IMG/VR virus record: IMGVR_UViG_2681813224_000020
Reading direction: 5' to 3' (one strand)
DNA length: 41,996 nucleotides
Source of the DNA: a virus
Lineage: Duplodnaviria; Heunggongvirae; Uroviricota; Caudoviricetes
Under the pieces are notes generated by a model. It ran no database searches. It was given only the letters and a program-made list of their open reading frames with translations, and was not told the DNA's origin. How positions within the stretch are numbered: the stretch's first letter is position 1; the number at the start of each line of letters is the position of its first letter. Positions 37,877 to 41,996 of this stretch are shown here, piece by piece. Position numbers and translations under genes: made by a program.

Positions 37877-38496
37877 CAGTTGCTTTCTCCATTATTGCAT
37901 GTTGGTAGTTCAAAACGGAAAAACTCTAAATTTTCTATATCGTTACCTAAAATTAATATTCCTAATGTTGAAACTCGAGGGCGTTCAAATCCCCCATCAT
38001 CGTTTAGAACCCAATGTTCCTCAAGATAAATTTGCTCTGGCTCTGGTGCACTGGAAGCAAATGAGTTAGCCCCAAACTTGCCTGCTATTTTTTTACCATT
38101 TTTTAGCGTAATAATCATCCAACAGGGGACTTTTAACCCAAAGAAATAATCCCAAGCTCTTCCGGTAGGATGTGGCATATAATTACATAACCAACGCCAA
38201 GTTCGCATCCAAGAGAAAAATATCGTTAACAATATTGGGCTAATGAATAAAATCACCAAGTATAAAGCACAATAAAGAACAGGATGTTTGAGATATACAC
38301 CCTCAGATTCTATAAAATATATAGGAGCAAACCATACTGCGTAATTTATACAGCTATAAGAAACAATTTCCACAATCGCTTTAGAAGTATCAAAAGCGGT
38401 ATTAGGATGAATAACACTATAAACTTTCATACTTATAAAACCAGGAATAACGAAAAGCAAAAATATAATAATTTTACTTTTTTCCCAAATATCCAT
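37876..38496 (-). CDS. Hypothetical integral membrane protein, AT-rich antisense moron inside the early replication operon
   Basis: 206 aa; hydrophobic segments IIIFLLFVIPGFI, AVWFAPIYFI, VLYCALYLVILFISPILLTIFF, then a soluble C-terminal domain; RBS AGGGG; opposite strand to all neighbours; strongly AT-rich. Confidence 0.6.
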   Translation of the reverse strand: MDIWEKSKIIIFLLFVIPGFISMKVYSVIHPNTAFDTSKAIVEIVSYSCINYAVWFAPIYFIESEGVYLKHPVLYCALYLVILFISPILLTIFFSWMRTWRWLCNYMPHPTGRAWDYFFGLKVPCWMIITLKNGKKIAGKFGANSFASSAPEPEQIYLEEHWVLNDDGGFERPRVSTLGILILGNDIENLEFFRFELPTCNNGESN

Positions 38497-38517
38497 TTTA
38501 ACCCCTAATCTCAGAAT

Positions 38518-39930
38518 GTGTATAGGTTATCTCTTGTTATGATATCTTTTACCCCCCGGTTATACCAAGAACTAATTATTAATCACGAAATAGGTATTTC
38601 CCGCTGCAATATTTGGGCAGGAATGGGAATGGGTAAAACCGTGGCAACGCTCACTACGCTGGAAGATCTCTTTATGGCAGGGGCAGAAACACGCCCCGCA
38701 CTGGTCCTCGCGCCGCTACGCGTTGCAGCAAGCACCTGGCCTGATGAAGCTGTTAAATGGGGGCACCTGCGTAATATTGAGGTACAGCCGATTATCGGTA
38801 ACGCCAAAGCGCGCTCTACGGCGCTGGCGAACAGCAACGCGAGCGTGTTCACCATCAACTACGATAACCTTGTCTGGCTGGTTGAGGAATTGGGAGAACG
38901 ATGGCCGTTCGGTACTGTTATTCCAGATGAAAGCACCCGGCTAAAATCCTTCCGGCTACGAGGTGGTGGTAAGCGCGCTGCGGCACTGGGCAAAGTGGCG
39001 CATAAGTATGTCCGGCGCTGGATAAATCTCACCGGTACGCCAGCACCGAACGGCCTGGTAGATTTGTGGGGACAAGCGTGGTTTGTGGACCAGGGGCAAC
39101 GTCTCGGGCGCACTTACGGTGCGTTTACCTCACGCTGGTTCAACTCGATACAGTTTCCGGGACAGAGCTGGACTAAACTGGAACCTTTTGCTCACTCACA
39201 GGGTGAAATACAGCGAGCATTAGCCGATGTGACCCTCTCGCTGGATGCGGCCGACTGGTTCGATATCAAAGACCCCATCCATAACGTAATCCGCGTGGAT
39301 ATGCCCCCGAAGGCCCGTCAGCAGTATCGTGAAATGGAAAAGGAAATGTTCCTCGAGCTGAATAGCGAAGGCATCGAAGCACCGAACGCCGCGGCAAAGA
39401 CACTGAAGTGTCTTCAAATCGCCAGTGGCGCAGTATACACAGACGACACCGGAAGTTGGTCAGAACTGCATGACACCAAACTACAGGCGCTGGACAGCAT
39501 ACTGACCGAAGCAGCTGGCGCACCTGTGCTGGTTGCTTATCACTGGAAACACGATCTTGAACGCTTGCTTAAAGCATTCCCTCGCGGTCGTCACCTCGAC
39601 CAGGATCCACAGACACTGCGCGACTGGAATTCCGGAAAGATTCCTGTTCTCTTTGCACACCCAGCCAGCGCGGGCCACGGCCTGAACATGCAGGACGGCG
39701 GAAATATACTGGTATTTTTCTCACACTGGTGGGACCTGGAGCAATATCAGCAAATTATTGAACGTATCGGCCCCACCAGGCAGATACAGGCCGGACACAA
39801 TCGTCCGGTATTTATTCACCACATTATTGCTGCCGACACTATGGACGAAATGGTGATGGAGCGGCGCAACTCAAAACGAACAGTGCAGGACATCCTGCTC
39901 GATGCCATGAAAAAGAGAGGTATAGCATGA
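38518..39930 (+). CDS. SNF2-family helicase (DEAD/DEAH-box ATPase)
   Basis: Walker A GMGMGKT, DEAH-like VIPDESTRLK, N-terminal PRLYQ, C-terminal helicase domain; the start may be GTG 38518 or ATG 38539. Confidence 0.85.
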   Translation: MYRLSLVMISFTPRLYQELIINHEIGISRCNIWAGMGMGKTVATLTTLEDLFMAGAETRPALVLAPLRVAASTWPDEAVKWGHLRNIEVQPIIGNAKARSTALANSNASVFTINYDNLVWLVEELGERWPFGTVIPDESTRLKSFRLRGGGKRAAALGKVAHKYVRRWINLTGTPAPNGLVDLWGQAWFVDQGQRLGRTYGAFTSRWFNSIQFPGQSWTKLEPFAHSQGEIQRALADVTLSLDAADWFDIKDPIHNVIRVDMPPKARQQYREMEKEMFLELNSEGIEAPNAAAKTLKCLQIASGAVYTDDTGSWSELHDTKLQALDSILTEAAGAPVLVAYHWKHDLERLLKAFPRGRHLDQDPQTLRDWNSGKIPVLFAHPASAGHGLNMQDGGNILVFFSHWWDLEQYQQIIERIGPTRQIQAGHNRPVFIHHIIAADTMDEMVMERRNSKRTVQDILLDAMKKRGIA

Positions 39931-40127
39931 GCGAGAAACCCGACGATTTACTCACCCCGGATGAAGTATGCCAAAAGTTAGGTATTACACAGAAAACGCT
40001 ATGTGAGTGGAATATTAAGCATCGTCATCGGGCTATCCTGGCACCAATTCGTTTCAGTGCAAAAGTAGTTCGTTATGAGCGCCGAAATGTCGACGCTTTT
40101 ATTCAAAAATGTCGCAGCCAGTATTAA
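39927..40127 (+). CDS. AlpA/excisionase-like small DNA-binding protein
   Basis: 66 aa; LLTPDEVCQKLGITQKTLCEWN helix-turn-helix typical of AlpA/Xis proteins; immediately adjacent to the integrase. Confidence 0.6.
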   Translation: MSEKPDDLLTPDEVCQKLGITQKTLCEWNIKHRHRAILAPIRFSAKVVRYERRNVDAFIQKCRSQY

Positions 40128-41527
40128 CCTCGCCGCCGTAGCAATGCCACCTGCGCAAGTATGCTCCGCTCGTGAGCCTCGAAAGCTTCGCGCTTCAACG
40201 CAATCTCTTCCTGTAAAATCTCATCAGAAAAGTCGTAATGTTCTGCCATCGGGTCATCTGACTTGCTGGAGTGGTGAAGGCAAAGGAGGCTGATTTCCCT
40301 TCGGTCTGAGCGGGAATAGCCTCTTTCCTTCATCAAGGCAATAACATTGCTCTTAAGGAATTTACGGCACATCGTATTAAATGCACCGTCTTTCCCTTTA
40401 ACAGTCCCATCATGTTTTATTCCTTTTACAGCCCCGTCCGGGCTGTATGTTTTCACCAGCTTATCCAGTGATCGTTTTGAAAATGGCTGCATTGGATCAC
40501 GTGGCTGCAAAAATACATAATCCCTGTTGCACTCAGGAACTGAATCACGCCAGGCTTTCTGCTCGTCGATAATCCGCCGGATCTCAGGCGTTATCGGCAG
40601 GCGGAAAGCCTTTTGTGTTTTCATAGCCCCTCGCATGCCGATAACCCCTTCCGGATAAACAATTTCACCAGCCTCCTCGTGAACGTAGTCCCAGCGCAGG
40701 TTATGGACATTAATCGGACGAACACCAGTGATGATCATGAAGCGAACAGCATTCTTCTGGTGTACAGAGGTGCAGGCAGCAACATTGAGCCAGAGTCGGG
40801 CGATTGATTCAATATCGGTAAAAAGCCGTGTGGGGGTAGGTTTCTGTACGCGGGAGGAAACATAATCATCTGGCAGACTGGCGGCAACATTGCGGCCGTT
40901 GCAAAGAGTAGGTGCGCAGAACTTCCAGAACCGACGGAGCTCGGCAAACAACTCCAGGGCGTTATTGTTCGAGCGAGTGGCGATCCACTCGTCCAGCACT
41001 TCCACCAGCCGACTGTATGTTACGTCGCTGAACACCTCGCGCTCGCCGAACGTTGATTTAATCCGGTCGATACGCACCCCGTAGGTTGTGAAACTGTCCG
41101 GGCTCAGCTTCTGACGGGCTACTTTGGCTTTGAGGTCATCCCGGTACATTTCCAGCGCTGCATGTACGGACTCTGCCCGCAGTCCACCGTCAGCCATACC
41201 TAGTGCTTTTTCGCGCGCCAGCTGGATAGCGAGCTCCGGCCACTCGCCGAGCTTTTTACCTTTGAGGCCCATCTTTTTTGGAAACTCGGCGTAAAATGTA
41301 ACCTTACCGGCTTTGCTGAAATCGATACGGAGATAGTTCTCTTTTTCGTATTTGGAACGGCGAGCCACGCCGGAAGCAGCGAGGATGATTTTGGCGGCAG
41401 CAACACAGATTTTCATGTGTGCGCTGGTATAGGGGGGTTTACAGGCGTCCCATTTTTCAGAAGCGGCTAAAACATCGTCATTATTGGGGCTATCCGGATT
41501 ATGTGTTACAGTGCGCGGCATTCTCAA
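40124..41527 (-). CDS. Tyrosine site-specific integrase
   Basis: 467 aa; ITGVRP...LRWDY (box I Arg), MKTQKAF (Lys), LHHSSKSDDPMAEHYDF (box II His and catalytic Tyr); RBS AAGGA; at the prophage edge next to the host gene. Confidence 0.85.
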   Translation of the reverse strand: MRMPRTVTHNPDSPNNDDVLAASEKWDACKPPYTSAHMKICVAAAKIILAASGVARRSKYEKENYLRIDFSKAGKVTFYAEFPKKMGLKGKKLGEWPELAIQLAREKALGMADGGLRAESVHAALEMYRDDLKAKVARQKLSPDSFTTYGVRIDRIKSTFGEREVFSDVTYSRLVEVLDEWIATRSNNNALELFAELRRFWKFCAPTLCNGRNVAASLPDDYVSSRVQKPTPTRLFTDIESIARLWLNVAACTSVHQKNAVRFMIITGVRPINVHNLRWDYVHEEAGEIVYPEGVIGMRGAMKTQKAFRLPITPEIRRIIDEQKAWRDSVPECNRDYVFLQPRDPMQPFSKRSLDKLVKTYSPDGAVKGIKHDGTVKGKDGAFNTMCRKFLKSNVIALMKERGYSRSDRREISLLCLHHSSKSDDPMAEHYDFSDEILQEEIALKREAFEAHERSILAQVALLRRRG

Positions 41528-41726
41528 TCCTTATCTGCGTAGGCGCAGAAAACAAGCTCACACATACAAGTCTTTTCTACGGGACAAAATGCAATGTGTT
41601 GCGGTTTTGTGTTGCTGGACTGAGTTTATCAAGGTTAAATACACTGGATCAACATACAGTAAGTTAATGACAGTCAAGCATACAAACTCGATACAACTTA
41701 CTGATTTTAAAATGATTTAACGGTAA

Positions 41727-41996
<270 letters not shown>

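Overview
The window is almost entirely one integrated temperate phage, ending at the host ferredoxin gene yfhL (41736..41996). Left to right: AT-rich cargo and a Pin-type DNA invertase with an invertible tail-fibre segment (1..3900); contractile-tail baseplate, tape-measure, tube and sheath genes (3880..14166), interrupted by an AT-rich membrane-protein moron (6881..7629); head, portal and terminase genes (14170..23401); a lambda-like lysis cassette and Q antiterminator (23463..25630); an origin-like iteron region with a DnaA box; a primase-helicase; a divergent Cro / CI(S24) immunity switch (28108..29064); and a rightward early operon (DUF2800-like nuclease, DUF2815-like protein, family-A DNA polymerase, VRR-NUC, SNF2 helicase) followed by an AlpA/Xis-like gene and a tyrosine integrase. 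Three accessory genes are inserted in the early operon: an AT-rich SIR2-like protein (32705..34207), a TIR/SLOG-like nucleotide-binding protein (36413..37174) and an antisense AT-rich membrane protein (37876..38496). The strongest candidate for a new system is the SIR2-like gene, possibly a NAD-depleting anti-phage defence and possibly linked to the TIR/SLOG-like gene; the membrane-protein morons come next. All calls rest on motifs read from the translations and on remembered family features; no database search or computation was run, and GC statements are by-eye estimates.
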